From Giardia intestinalis (taxonomy: Eukaryota): a DNA stretch of 64,000 bases. The stretch lies in assembly GCA_000002435.2 (NCBI GenBank), contig CM018791.1; one strand, written 5' to 3'. The position numbers and the translations under genes were made by a program. Below are positions 1 through 11,300 of the stretch, piece by piece. Positions within the stretch are counted from its first letter, which is position 1. Each line of letters starts with the position of its first letter. The notes beneath the pieces are model-generated. The model had not been told where the DNA came from, did not search any database, and was given only the letters and a program-made list of their open reading frames with translations.

Positions 1-1802
1 GACTCATCGGTGTGGATGATCTCATCTTCGCCATCCGTGCCGAGGGCTTGACGGTCCTGCTCTTGGGCCTCTTCTTCCACTTGGCGTCTGAGATCGTTGA
101 GAATGTCATCAGAGAAGCGCAATGGCGCCAGCTTCTGAGATAGAGAAACCAAAGTGTTTTTATATGATATTCTATTGTGAAATAAAGATTTAAAGCCCGA
201 AATAGCAGGGATTGATCGATCAGACTTAAGGACTTCTGGGCGCTCCTTCAGGAGTGTATTCACCCATATCAATATGTCACTGACATATTCCGTATTCTCC
301 ACGCAGTTTGCGTACTGAAGGAGAGACGCAAAGACGCTATGAACACCCTCCTCGGAAAGCATTTTTGCAGTATTGATTCGAGCCTGCTTGGACGTTGTTG
401 TCAATAGTGCATGTAGCCGGTGCTTATTCTTTTGAGCAATCACTTGCTCAATAGGCAAGACGTCGTCAGATTGAGAGGTCTCCCGGAACTCGTCAATGTG
501 AACGGGTGGTGCAGCTATCGCGGCTTTTGGTAGTACGGCGCTCTGGATATTGGGGTTTGCTTCATTGAAGCGTGTGAATTGATTGAATATTTCAGCATTT
601 GCACCGGTAGCAGCCCCCTGAATGGCTTGATGAGATGACTGCAGCAGCCGTGCTGACACATCTGCAATGGTACGCTTCTCAGTCTTTTGCTTCGCCTCAT
701 CAGGATCCGTCTGATGATCTTCGACAAAGAAATAGTCTTTCAGGAGGTTATTTGGGACATCTTCTGTGATCAGTGATGGAAGCGTATAGTTCCCCTTAAT
801 GATGTAAATGGCTGACTTGGCCCTTAAGTACTGTGGAATAGCTGCCAAGATGCTGGAAGCCAACGTTCCTGATGCACGTAACTCCAGAGCAGGAGGCACA
901 GAAGGGATTCGCGCCCCCTTTTTGGTCACCTGTTCTAGGCTTGGAAAGGGAAGGATGAAAAGCGAGACAGAATTAGAAGAGCAAGCGGTGATTGCATATG
1001 TTACACATGCATGTTTAGCCTTCCCATAACTTGCGCTGAGAGTAAGTTGTGTCTGGGTATCAGAACTGACTAAGCGCCCAACTCGAAGCAAGTGCTCTTG
1101 CTTGTAATAGCCCAAGAGGCTTATTATCGATGCATTTCTCATGGAAACACCAATCAGGCAATGCTCACATGCAAGTGCAACCACTGAGGACTGAAGCCCA
1201 AGGAAGTTGATCCCAGTTTGGTTGCAATCTAATATGTAAAGCCCTGGGCCATAGGCTATAACGCACGACTGCTCCAACAGCCCCATGTGTATCTCTGAAA
1301 CAGTGGGCTGCGTGGCGGGAGTGAGCGAGTCTGGTTGTGCCTTATTCAACGGACTAGAGTGTCGGTAGGGGATGCTCAATATGTTGACTTCTTTTTGTTT
1401 GACTAGAGACCCACTTTGGCCCCAGATACCCTTTATGAGTACTCCATCAATGTCAATTGATAACACATAAGAAGCGCCTCTGGGAGCGACAATGGCAGCG
1501 ACTGCAGATCTGTGAGAATAATTGGCTGAAACAAACAGCGATCCCTCACTCGTCCAGGTGTAAATACTTCCAGAATTGGTTCCGATAATTGCCCCCTGTA
1601 CCTCTGACCTTTGTCCTTCGGCCCTGTCCTTACCGTGAAGAGCCAGCGACGTATCGAAAAGCATAGCGGTGACACTCATGGTGACGAGCTGAGAATCGGT
1701 GATGTCCCGGAGCCACATCCCAGACGTTGCATCCCAAAGCCGTAACATCCCATTTTGCTGGTAGACGGCGAAACAGGCCTTACGACTGTCAGTAATTAAC
1801 AT
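1..1802 (-). CDS. Hypothetical WD40-like protein, N-terminal ~600 aa. The gene continues past the window start. This frame is open all the way from an ATG at 1800-1802 to position 1, so it is absent from the ORF track only because no stop lies in the window.
   Basis: Hand translation of the minus strand from the ATG (forward 'cat' at 1800-1802) gives MLITDSRKACFAVYQQNGMLRLWDATSGMWLRDITDSQL...GSIYTWTSEGSLFVSANYSH... with no stop down to nt 1. WD-repeat-like 'LRLWD' and 'SIYTW' motifs are present. I re-verified codons around 650-720 and 1560-1800. The divergent neighbour starts 32 bp away. Confidence 0.55.
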   Translation of the reverse strand, partial: MLITDSRKACFAVYQQNGMLRLWDATSGMWLRDITDSQLVTMSVTAMLFDTSLALHGKDRAEGQRSEVQGAIIGTNSGSIYTWTSEGSLFVSANYSHRSAVAAIVAPRGASYVLSIDIDGVLIKGIWGQSGSLVKQKEVNILSIPYRHSSPLNKAQPDSLTPATQPTVSEIHMGLLEQSCVIAYGPGLYILDCNQTGINFLGLQSSVVALACEHCLIGVSMRNASIISLLGYYKQEHLLRVGRLVSSDTQTQLTLSASYGKAKHACVTYAITACSSNSVSLFILPFPSLEQVTKKGARIPSVPPALELRASGTLASSILAAIPQYLRAKSAIYIIKGNYTLPSLITEDVPNNLLKDYFFVEDHQTDPDEAKQKTEKRTIADVSARLLQSSHQAIQGAATGANAEIFNQFTRFNEANPNIQSAVLPKAAIAAPPVHIDEFRETSQSDDVLPIEQVIAQKNKHRLHALLTTTSKQARINTAKMLSEEGVHSVFASLLQYANCVENTEYVSDILIWVNTLLKERPEVLKSDRSIPAISGFKSLFHNRISYKNTLVSLSQKLAPLRFSDDILNDLRRQVEEEAQEQDRQALGTDGEDEIIHTDE

Positions 1803-1834
1803 TTATTTTTGCTGCTGGGGCCTTTAATAGCATA
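1803..1834. promoter_or_regulatory. 32-bp AT-rich shared spacer between divergent start codons, presumed bidirectional initiator region
   Basis: The sequence is taattaacatttatttttgctgctggggcctttaatagcata, flanked by a minus-strand ATG at 1802 and a plus-strand ATG at 1835. Giardia promoters are short AT-rich initiator elements directly upstream of the ATG. Confidence 0.4.
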
Positions 1835-4800
1835 ATGCTTCCTGCTGAGGCTGCCTCAGAGCTTCTAGAAACCACTCTGAGCCTAAGCGTAGAGCCCTAT
1901 TTATCAGGGGCATGTTCCTTCCTAGACATTGCAGAAGAGCAGGTTCAGCTTGTTAGCGAATGCTTTACCCAGGAAATTCTTTCAGATACCTTAGAAAATC
2001 ACTACGATGCGAGCAACCATAGCATCGGAAGCGATAACGATCGCCAGGCGCTTTTATTTGTCCTACTTGTCTTGACGACTCGTGGAGGGACAGGGGTGCC
2101 TCTAGAAGATTCTTACATAGCCACGCAGCTCTTGGCGCGGTTGGTGCCTCTGTCTGCTGACTTTATTGACCTGATACTTTGCGCATTTGCCGGGGTAATA
2201 TCTTCTGGCATAACGATCCTTGAACAGGCATCCCTGCAGGGAAAGGCCCGGTCGAAGACCCTCTCTTCTCATACTCAAGCAAGTACCCGAAGAGCTACGC
2301 AGAACATCGTCAACTCACAATCCTCTGTTGGCAGCCAGGAGGATTATACTCTGCTTTTAGATATGGATGCAGAACCTGTCGATCTCACAGCCACTCCAGC
2401 CACTGTAATCACGGCTATAATCACGGCCTTCAACAGTATGGCTGCATTTTTTCGAGAATCGCCCAACTGTACGCCACAGCTGAACACTCTGACGTACCTC
2501 CGAACTATGGCCTCGGAAACAGTGGTACGCCTGCTTAACAAGCCTCTAAAATATGTTACATACACAGAAGCTCCGGCTCCGGCTATTATAAAAGCCGTAT
2601 TCAAGCTACTTGAGGCGCTGATGGACTCGTTGACGGCTTATCGCGGAGTCCTGCTATATGACGTCGTGAGACTACTTGTTCTCAATCCTCATGGAAAGCA
2701 TAAAGTAACCAGCTCTCTCTTCGTAGAATCAGTCAGCTTGGTTCAAGCTCTGAGTCATGAATGTTTATGCAGAACATGCCTTCCACTGTCCTCGTCCACG
2801 CTTTTCTCATCTGCAGATTTAGATACCTTTCTATCAGTTTACCTTCCGCTGCTTCAGTTTAGTTTGTTGAGCATTCACGACCTCTCCGCCATCCGACTTT
2901 GTGGTGCCTCTGCAATAGCCAAATTGATAGATGCAATTCTATGCACATTTAACACTACGGGAACTGAACCTAAGATATCCGCAAAATATCAAGAGTTGTT
3001 TTTCAGCAGACTAATCTCATTCTTCCATGCCTTGGTCAATCAACCCAAAGCTACCTACAAGTTGGCTGTGCTTGATCTATTAGCAGCCATCTTTATCAAC
3101 AAAGCAATCTGTCTTAAGCTTGAGGCCTCTACTGATTTTCTCGAGCGGATTTGCATTGATCTCCTTTTCCCTCTCGCATGCGATCAGGACGACTCTGTTG
3201 CAGCATCTACCCTCAATCTGTTGACTCGTTCATATTCTAATAAGACTATCTCAAGATACATCACATTATTAGTTTATCCCCTTTGCTTATCTTTTACGCT
3301 ATTGTTTCGGGCAAATATTAAGTTGCATTTAGTCATTCAGTCTGTTGCCTTGCGGAAGGCCACAACATATTTTCTCGGTAGCTGCATTATTTTTGACACA
3401 AGCAAGCTCTTGGATGCTATTATCCCAAGGTTAAAGTCCTCTAATAATCGCAGTACCAATAACAGCGATAATAGAGATGCCGATGAGCCTTCAGAAGAGC
3501 AGCATAGCTCACCACCCTCCCCACAGACTTCACGACCTAACGGTGAAGTTAACGCTGAGGAGGAGCCCCTGAGTTTGTCGATGTTGAATGACTCTGCAGA
3601 CGACGAGCTTTCGCCCCCTCACCAAGCAATGCTTACGTTCCTGAGTAGCTCTCTATCTGATCGAGGACTAGAACTTCTTTCTATTGCTCGAAATCGCCTC
3701 TGCGGACTTTTGAATAATCTCAGGATCAGTCACATCAACGTTTCAATCAAAGATCTTTTAATGGACGAGCTTTCTGTTAGATGCCAGGACTCTTCACCTG
3801 TAGTACGCAAGCTAGCTATCAATACCATGCTAGAGTGCGCCAACGTAATCCCTCTGTCTTTGTGGTTCGAATGTGTATTCAATTCTCGAGGCGAGTCAGT
3901 CGACGGATCCGCAAATATTGTTTTAGAGCATGCCATGAAGATCCTGCTCCATCCAATCCTGGATTGTTTACCAAATAGCGACGTTTCTACTGGCTCTGTG
4001 GAGTGCAAGATTTCTCTTCTGTTTGGAGGCGTGCTATTTCATCTTGCACCTAAGTATGAAGGTGCTGAACAGCGTGTAACTATCACCAGTCTTTCATATA
4101 CCGTTCGAAACGTGCTAAAGCAGCACAGTCTATCTGAGTACCTGCAGCTGTTGGGTTGTGCAATAGAAACACCGTTAAAGCTCACACAGACTGACCAAGT
4201 TGCTTGTGGGGCACTAGTTTTAGCAATAGGCTGCACCACTATGCTTGTTCATTGTTACGAAGGAACATTTACCATTGATGATGCTGCGGCGATTGATCTG
4301 CCGTTTTCCTACGTGGCACCGTTAGCAGCCACTGGCTCTATAGGGCCTGTGGGATTGGCCACAATCTATAACCCGATACTATCGGCCTCACTTGAGACAG
4401 ATACCATTGGAGTGGGTCTCTCGTATTTGCTTCTGTCCTGCATATCATTACTGTCTGACTTCTTGCAAAATGAGGACCCGCAGCATATAAGTAGTCTTAT
4501 GTTTGCAATTGATAAAGATAATTTGGCAAGAGTTTTTCTGCAGAAGATTGATTTGTTACTTGGATTCTTGGGTCTTAAGCACCATAATGCTAATCTTGTT
4601 GAGAAGTCCCATGTGTTCTCCGATAGCGTTGTTTTGATTATGAAGAATATTCTGGAAGGTATTGCATGCTTTCTGCACATCTATCAGCTATCCGACACAT
4701 CGTTAGGTGGCCAGTGCAAACGCTTTTTGCTTAAATGCATTCCTCTGGTAGATATTTCTATGCACATGCTTCATACAGTCTTTCCAGAGCTTTCAGATGC

Positions 4801-6553
4801 ATTAAATTTGGAGCATGATGGTCCTTCTGCTCAGTCAAGCGTTCATCAGGAAGAGCGTCCAAGAACAGAATACGCGTCCTTTTCACTTGGCTATCTAGAT
4901 GCAATAGTTGGCCACACATCATGTCTGTCACAAATTGTCAGAATAAGCATCTCTATTTTCTCTAATGAAAACCTTCCTTCCACCATCGCAGAGTTGCAGG
5001 CATTGCTGTCTAATGTCCAGGCGGCTGTCTTGGCACGATTACAGCACATAGCGATCAATGCCTCTGCTCTTCTGGAAGGAAAGACAGATGCATCAACATC
5101 TACTTCCACTTCCACTTCCACTTCTACAATCATTCAGCAATTGACTGAGGGACTGGCTCTAAACTCAGCAGAGCTCACCGACCTTTGCAACGGCACCCCT
5201 CCTACTTGTCAGTTGTGCGCCCATGTACTAAGAAACATAGTATCTGAGGGATTGGTGGAGCAGCTGGGAACTATGAAAAGTGCTCAATTTAGCGACATCT
5301 GCCTCGGGGTAGCATCGTTAATAGGAGAATTCAGGGCGCACATGACAGAACTGGTACGTAAAAATAATGACAATGGCTCACCAGATCTCCACGTAGTGTC
5401 CAAGTTGCTTCAACTTTGTGACAATCTTTCCGGCACTCTGATCAGTTGCCTCGGCTACCACGTCCTTCACCTAGACCCTTTGAAAGATGCGCCTGCACTG
5501 ACTGCATACCTCTCTTCCTTGTCACACATCTCACTAAAGCATTGCAGTCCACAGGCTAGAAACAATAGCCTTCTAGCATTGGCGTCTCTGTGCTATCTTG
5601 TCCCAGATATGGCTGGAGACCACCTTACTATTCTGTTGCCCCTTATGGAAGAGTGCTCTCTTCTCATTCGCCGCCAAGCTCTTCTTGTTATCAGTGACCT
5701 TCTACTTAAGGAATACCTAAGGAAGGAGCCCGCTTTACTTCTAGCTTTGTACTCTCTCATTGCAAAGGAAACTAACTACGAGTTTCGTCTATTTGCGCGA
5801 AGAATATGTATTGAGCCTCTGCTCAGAAAGGTACCAACATTCATAACCCATTCGTTCCTAGATGTACTGCTGATGCTGTCTGGGTCTCAAGGCTTTACTA
5901 GATGCCCTATTACTCTAATTGCACTTAAGATCATAGAGATAACGAGCTTTTCTGGCCCAGAAGGCCTTCGGGGTGTGCACAACACTGACTCGGAGAAGGA
6001 GTTACGTGAAAAGCTTGTCAAAACACTATCAATCCAATCCAGTACGCATCGGCACGACTTCTATGTTTTTCTATTAGCATTGCTAACCCCTCCTAAGCGT
6101 TTTGAGATCTTATCAATCATGCTCAGAGAGTTCTTAGATAAAATAGACGATTATTCCACACTTCTATCTGTATACTCTGCACTGGATGACATTCTGCAAC
6201 TGCTTGTGGCCGGGCTCTTTGACTATAAGGTTGATACGCTTGCTTATCAGCTTCCTGAGTCTCAACATTCACAAGATGATGGTCTTTCTGCAGAAAAGGT
6301 GGCCCTTGTGGCGTCGGTAATTGGACGCCTGTCAGACAAGTACTCTCTTGACAGACTTCTCCCTGCTCTTCTACGAATCTACTCTCTATGCAGAGACAAT
6401 CAGCTGTCTCTTACTGTGAAGCTATCCGAGGCAATTCACTCTGTTCTGCGGCGTTCCAAGATATCGATAGTCGATCTTAAGGAGGGCTATCCTCAGTTTG
6501 GTGCCGAGTTGTTGGAACTAAAGCTGCTAGATGACGTAGACGGGGTACGATAG
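1835..6553 (+). CDS. Large hypothetical protein (1572 aa), probably a helical/HEAT-like repeat protein, with an internal (Ser-Thr)7 tract
   Basis: Uninterrupted 4.7-kb ORF with a true ATG at 1835. There are no obvious catalytic motifs; amphipathic helical repeats such as 'VVRKLAINTMLECANV' occur throughout. Confidence 0.8.
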   Translation: MLPAEAASELLETTLSLSVEPYLSGACSFLDIAEEQVQLVSECFTQEILSDTLENHYDASNHSIGSDNDRQALLFVLLVLTTRGGTGVPLEDSYIATQLLARLVPLSADFIDLILCAFAGVISSGITILEQASLQGKARSKTLSSHTQASTRRATQNIVNSQSSVGSQEDYTLLLDMDAEPVDLTATPATVITAIITAFNSMAAFFRESPNCTPQLNTLTYLRTMASETVVRLLNKPLKYVTYTEAPAPAIIKAVFKLLEALMDSLTAYRGVLLYDVVRLLVLNPHGKHKVTSSLFVESVSLVQALSHECLCRTCLPLSSSTLFSSADLDTFLSVYLPLLQFSLLSIHDLSAIRLCGASAIAKLIDAILCTFNTTGTEPKISAKYQELFFSRLISFFHALVNQPKATYKLAVLDLLAAIFINKAICLKLEASTDFLERICIDLLFPLACDQDDSVAASTLNLLTRSYSNKTISRYITLLVYPLCLSFTLLFRANIKLHLVIQSVALRKATTYFLGSCIIFDTSKLLDAIIPRLKSSNNRSTNNSDNRDADEPSEEQHSSPPSPQTSRPNGEVNAEEEPLSLSMLNDSADDELSPPHQAMLTFLSSSLSDRGLELLSIARNRLCGLLNNLRISHINVSIKDLLMDELSVRCQDSSPVVRKLAINTMLECANVIPLSLWFECVFNSRGESVDGSANIVLEHAMKILLHPILDCLPNSDVSTGSVECKISLLFGGVLFHLAPKYEGAEQRVTITSLSYTVRNVLKQHSLSEYLQLLGCAIETPLKLTQTDQVACGALVLAIGCTTMLVHCYEGTFTIDDAAAIDLPFSYVAPLAATGSIGPVGLATIYNPILSASLETDTIGVGLSYLLLSCISLLSDFLQNEDPQHISSLMFAIDKDNLARVFLQKIDLLLGFLGLKHHNANLVEKSHVFSDSVVLIMKNILEGIACFLHIYQLSDTSLGGQCKRFLLKCIPLVDISMHMLHTVFPELSDALNLEHDGPSAQSSVHQEERPRTEYASFSLGYLDAIVGHTSCLSQIVRISISIFSNENLPSTIAELQALLSNVQAAVLARLQHIAINASALLEGKTDASTSTSTSTSTSTIIQQLTEGLALNSAELTDLCNGTPPTCQLCAHVLRNIVSEGLVEQLGTMKSAQFSDICLGVASLIGEFRAHMTELVRKNNDNGSPDLHVVSKLLQLCDNLSGTLISCLGYHVLHLDPLKDAPALTAYLSSLSHISLKHCSPQARNNSLLALASLCYLVPDMAGDHLTILLPLMEECSLLIRRQALLVISDLLLKEYLRKEPALLLALYSLIAKETNYEFRLFARRICIEPLLRKVPTFITHSFLDVLLMLSGSQGFTRCPITLIALKIIEITSFSGPEGLRGVHNTDSEKELREKLVKTLSIQSSTHRHDFYVFLLALLTPPKRFEILSIMLREFLDKIDDYSTLLSVYSALDDILQLLVAGLFDYKVDTLAYQLPESQHSQDDGLSAEKVALVASVIGRLSDKYSLDRLLPALLRIYSLCRDNQLSLTVKLSEAIHSVLRRSKISIVDLKEGYPQFGAELLELKLLDDVDGVR
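5094..5129 (+). repeat. Coding hexanucleotide microsatellite (ACTTCC)n and variants, encoding STSTSTSTSTSTST
   Basis: The sequence tca aca tct act tcc act tcc act tcc act tct aca lies inside the 1835..6553 ORF. Confidence 0.8.
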
Positions 6554-6995
6554 GCATGGTAGCCGACCAGGTCATCACCACAGACTTTCAATGCAACTTC
6601 ATTGCCTATGAAGTGCAAAGAAGTCACTACGCTCCTCTAAGTAACGCATATTCTGCTCTACAACCTTTTGTAAGTGATGAACTCTACCCTCTAAGTCTTC
6701 TATATATTCTACAACATAACAGGGAAGGTCTGCAGGAAGCTTCGGCCTGATTGGGTAGCCCATGACTTGAACGAGTTGCTAAAGTTACAATTTTTCCTTC
6801 CTGTAGACGGAAGACAATTCGGCAATTGATGCAAATATCAAACAGTTTAGGTCCTTATCTGTCGCTGTATGCCTTTCTAGCGGCTTTTTGCAAACGCCCC
6901 CACAGCTGCCTGCTCTAATAAACTAGCTGGTGCTTTTAAGCAGTCCACGTGGCTCATTACTCCTTACTATGTCGAGAGACCCAAAACACAAATAA

Positions 6996-8384
6996 ATGCA
7001 GTGGCCTTCACCAAGCACTTTGTATACCGGCCCCATCCTGGCACCAATGGTGCGAGCAAGCTTTCCAGGGATTCGTGCGCTTGCAGCAGCACTGGGTGCA
7101 TCGGCCGTTTACACCGGTGCAATCGTCGGAGACAGCCTCAGAGATGTTGTCACAGAGGTGGATCTGAGCAACATGATTGCCAAGATATCCACGACACGCC
7201 GGTCTGCGGGATCCCCATCGTGTGTGATCATTTCTGTTCCCATTCAGGCCACAGAGACGCCGGGGCAGTTCGAACCGGCAATACCACTGGTTGTGCAGCT
7301 GACCGTCAACGAATATGACGATGTCGATAAGATTTGTAGCATCCTTGCACCATGGTGTGTGGGGATAGACCTGAATCTAGGCTGTGGGGCCCAATTTGCT
7401 GTGTCAGGTGGAAGGGGACAGCGTCTTGTAGACAAAGCAGAGAATGTTATAGCGCGATTCTTAAAGGCGTTGCAGCAGATCGAGGATAGTGGTGGAAGAC
7501 GCATAAGCTTTTCGATAAAGCAGCGGCTTTTGGGTTCTGTCGAAGAAACTGTCAATAAGATGTGTGCATTTTACAAGCTTGGGGTCAATTGCATTGCAGT
7601 ACACATGCGCAGAAAGGGCGAAGAGCGAGGCTGCACACACGCAGATTGGGGCTCCTTCTTTCAAGTGTTATCCGGATTATATACTTGGTTTTGGACGGTC
7701 TTTTGTCAAGGTGATCTCCAGCTCTTTGAAGATGCTCTTAGAACATTTCACGTAGTTGCGAACGGAGACCTGTTTTCGCGGGAGACCATCACTGACTTCT
7801 TCTCCCTCTCTGAGCAGTACTTTTCGCAATTACCCACAGATATACAGCCGTACTTATCCAGTCGATATGGACGCCTGACTCCAGTGATGCTGGCTCGAGG
7901 AGCCATATCTGACTTAAGCCTCTTCTCCTTTATACTTGAGCAGAGAGGAGAATCAGCTAAGAAGGCAGATGCCTCCGTTCCTGCACATATCTCTGAGGTG
8001 CTTTCTTTGTTGCAGCCAACCAACGAGCCCCTCTGCTACCTCAATCAAGCAAAGGCGCTTCTGCAAGTGTCTGAAGCCACAAGTTCCCACTTCAACAACT
8101 ACAAGTACACAGTCCTCAACGGCATAGCTTTTGTCAGAAGCCATGAAATTTACAAGTCTAATACTCAACGCCTTGCATACAAATACTTCAACCAAGAACT
8201 GCAAACACCAAAAACATACGGGGAGTATCGCACCCTGTTGAACAGATTGTCATCGAAACCATATTCCTATTGGGCTACATTATTACAAGAACAGACAAGA
8301 CCGTCTACGGAGAAAGAATGCTATCAGCCTCCTGCTCCTTCGCTGACGGCGCCTGAACAGGAGGAACGGAATCACAAATGTTAG
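6996..8384 (+). CDS. tRNA-dihydrouridine synthase (Dus family), 462 aa
   Basis: N-terminal 'ILAPMVRASFPGIRALAAALGA..YTGAI' matches the Dus 'LAPMVRV..LPFR' motif, and 'IDLNLGCGAQFAVSGGRGQRL' matches 'VDxNxGCP..G.GA.L'. A flavin-binding TIM-barrel signature order is present. True ATG at 6996. Confidence 0.8.
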   Translation: MQWPSPSTLYTGPILAPMVRASFPGIRALAAALGASAVYTGAIVGDSLRDVVTEVDLSNMIAKISTTRRSAGSPSCVIISVPIQATETPGQFEPAIPLVVQLTVNEYDDVDKICSILAPWCVGIDLNLGCGAQFAVSGGRGQRLVDKAENVIARFLKALQQIEDSGGRRISFSIKQRLLGSVEETVNKMCAFYKLGVNCIAVHMRRKGEERGCTHADWGSFFQVLSGLYTWFWTVFCQGDLQLFEDALRTFHVVANGDLFSRETITDFFSLSEQYFSQLPTDIQPYLSSRYGRLTPVMLARGAISDLSLFSFILEQRGESAKKADASVPAHISEVLSLLQPTNEPLCYLNQAKALLQVSEATSSHFNNYKYTVLNGIAFVRSHEIYKSNTQRLAYKYFNQELQTPKTYGEYRTLLNRLSSKPYSYWATLLQEQTRPSTEKECYQPPAPSLTAPEQEERNHKC

Positions 8385-11300
8385 AGCTACGATTGGTTGG
8401 ATCACAGACAGGGATGCCATCAAAGAATGTTCCCTCCTTTCCAACAGATTTAGCATACTCCCGCACCAGCGCGTCGCTGTACATGTCAGAAAACTTCCCT
8501 GTCAACACAGGATATGTGCGCTTGAACTGCTCTACGCTGTCCATGTCAATGAGAATCTTCAAGATGTTAGCAGACGAAGGAAGTGCATAACGCACATAGG
8601 TAGGAGAAGAAACAAGATAGTCGAAAACGTCACCAGAGCCGTTTTTCACTGCAACCATGAAGGCGTAATCGTTCATGCCGCCCTCAACACGGCTTTTCAC
8701 CTCCAACTCAAAGAGCTCCTTGTTACTAGAGCCTGTCTCCCCCGCCGCCTCCATAATGAGCTTGACAACTCCAATGCAGTTCATAGCACACGCCATGAGA
8801 AAAGCGGTCATTCCGAGATACTTATCACCTGGCATTCGCTGCGCCACGTTTTGCTGCAAGGACACGCCAAGCTCAACGCGGACAGTAAAAAGCTTCTTCA
8901 TGAAATCGAGGTACGTGAAGATAGATGTGTCACTAGCCGGTAAAGACGAGCAGCGCTCTACTAAGCGCATAAAGCATGTATAACCGCGCTTATCCCTGAG
9001 TCCTAAGTCCTGCTTCTGTCCCGGGGAGTTGAGCCTCTTTACACTCTCGTTATACAGCAGATTAAACATATCTATCTTTCCGCTCATTGCTGCGGTCATC
9101 AAGCACGACTCGCCCTGGTGCATACACCCAAGGAACTCCAGGTTATTCTGAGCCCCCTGAATGTCATCTTTGACTATAGCATTATGGAGTTTGTGCTCCG
9201 GAAAGTCCTCGTACTGAGCAAGGATATCTTCTATGCCACGGTAGTTTTGCTTCATCGCGAGGACACGGGCATTGTCGTTGTGCTTGTTCAGCATCCCCTT
9301 CTCATGGGGAGCGAGTAGCTTGACACCGTCAATGTAATTATTGGTTGCAGCTATCATTAGCGCCGTCTGGTGCTGATCGTCATATACCCGAACACCATGC
9401 CCCAGTTCGACAAGGACCTCAACCACGCGCGTCACCTTTAATTTTGTCGCGAACTGCAGGTGTGTTAGGCCAAGGACAGTGTGTGCCCGTGAAGGAATGT
9501 TGTTAGCTAAGTGCATTATAATGGTGTTAGTGAACGGAATCTCAGTGACCGGCTTCATATCAACCTTTGTCTTTAGATCTGCTAGGATCTTCTCTATGGA
9601 CAGGTCATCCGTTTCCAAGTTCAGATCACCTCCAGTACCCCCGACAGGCTTTTCGGTGTCATCCTTCTTAGAGACAATAGGCTGGCTTCCGAGGACGTAA
9701 GTATCTCCGATTTGACTCAGATACTTGATGGCGGCAATAAGGCAGTCGTCGTCGAACTTATCATTGATTCTCCGTTCGAGAGGAGCCAGCTCAGCAACTA
9801 TCGACTCTCGGCCCATCCGAGCCGCGACTAGGAGAGCAGTAACACCGCTGTTGCTACTACGCATGCCCGCCTCATATGGTATGAGGATGCGCGCTATGTC
9901 TGTTTGGTTCCGGTATATGCTTATCATGAGCGCTGTGTAGTAGTCTGCCTCTTGCTTAATCTCTGGAAGAGTCATATAGTACAGCTCCCTGGACTCGTAT
10001 GGGGCCAAGATGCGTACGACGTCGACCGCATCTACCTCAACAGCGTGCATGAGTGCCGTATACTTGCAACACTCACATATCTTTCCAATCTGTCGCTTGA
10101 ATTTGGATTTGACGTTGATGCTGGGAGAGCCTGGCCCCATGGTTGACGGCGCAGAGTCATCTCCTGGTACTATAGAGGAGGACGAGGGATGTGGAAGCGA
10201 CGTGCCCGGCATATCGAGCCGCTTCACAACGCGCAAGTTCGTCTCGTGAAGCATAGACTCCACATTTGGGACCACGAACGCACTATCCTTGAAGATCTTG
10301 GACTTCTTGATCTCTTTGGCAATTTTCCTGCGCTGAAGGTCTGCATTGTCACTTGTCTTGATTATCTCCTCGCAAGTAGCGGAGCTACTATTGATTGCCG
10401 CCAGCATGAGTGGCGTATGCGTCATGCGCTTGCCTGTCTCACCATACTCAGAGAGTATGTCGATGCAATTGGCACTGCCGACCTCGCAAGCAACCTCATA
10501 CGGAGTTAGCCCCTTGCGGTTCTTGATGTCGAACTCCTCTGGGGCCAGTAGTTTGCAAGCCCCAACACTATTCGCTCGCACAGCGTAGTGAAGGGCCGTG
10601 TTTCCTTCATCGTCACAAGCACGAAGTAGCAGATTGCGCGTGTCCTTGTTGTATAGAAGAATCTCTATAATTTGGCGGTTATTACTAGCTGCAGCGACCA
10701 TCAGAGCTGTTGCATTCATTGGCTTCAGGCGTGCCTTGAGTTCTGAAAGCACCTGAGGCTTGAAGATCGCATACGATCCACAAACAACCTCATCCATTAT
10801 CTTAACACGGTTGAGCATGCACGCTATGAGTAGCCCAGAGGCGCCCATACTTGAAACAAGGCCTGCTTCCGCTTCAAACAGCTGCATAAAGCAATCGTAC
10901 TGGTTGAGCTCTGCGGCCAGCATGAGCGCAGAAAAGCCGATATGACTGAAGAAGGCCTGAAACTGCGTAGCCGGTTGTGTGTCAGAGTACGTTCGCAGCA
11001 TGATCTTTGCCGACGTCGTCTTGGCCTTACTCAGAAGGGTGAGTGTCTCATTGATGATTCCCTCAACCCCTTTCAGCGTTGTCTGCATTCCTGGAGTGGA
11101 GTTGATTTTTGCCTGCAGAGAGCGGCATCCGTCACCGATGGCAATGATTTTCTGAATGGCCTGCTTTGAAAAGCCCAGAGAGACAGACGCGTCTGTATCG
11201 GTCCCAATAAAAGCCGAGATGTATGCCATGCAAGTAGAGATTATATGCTTAACCTTTGTCTGGTCCTCATTCGAGATGGTAGCATCACTCTGGAATGCAG

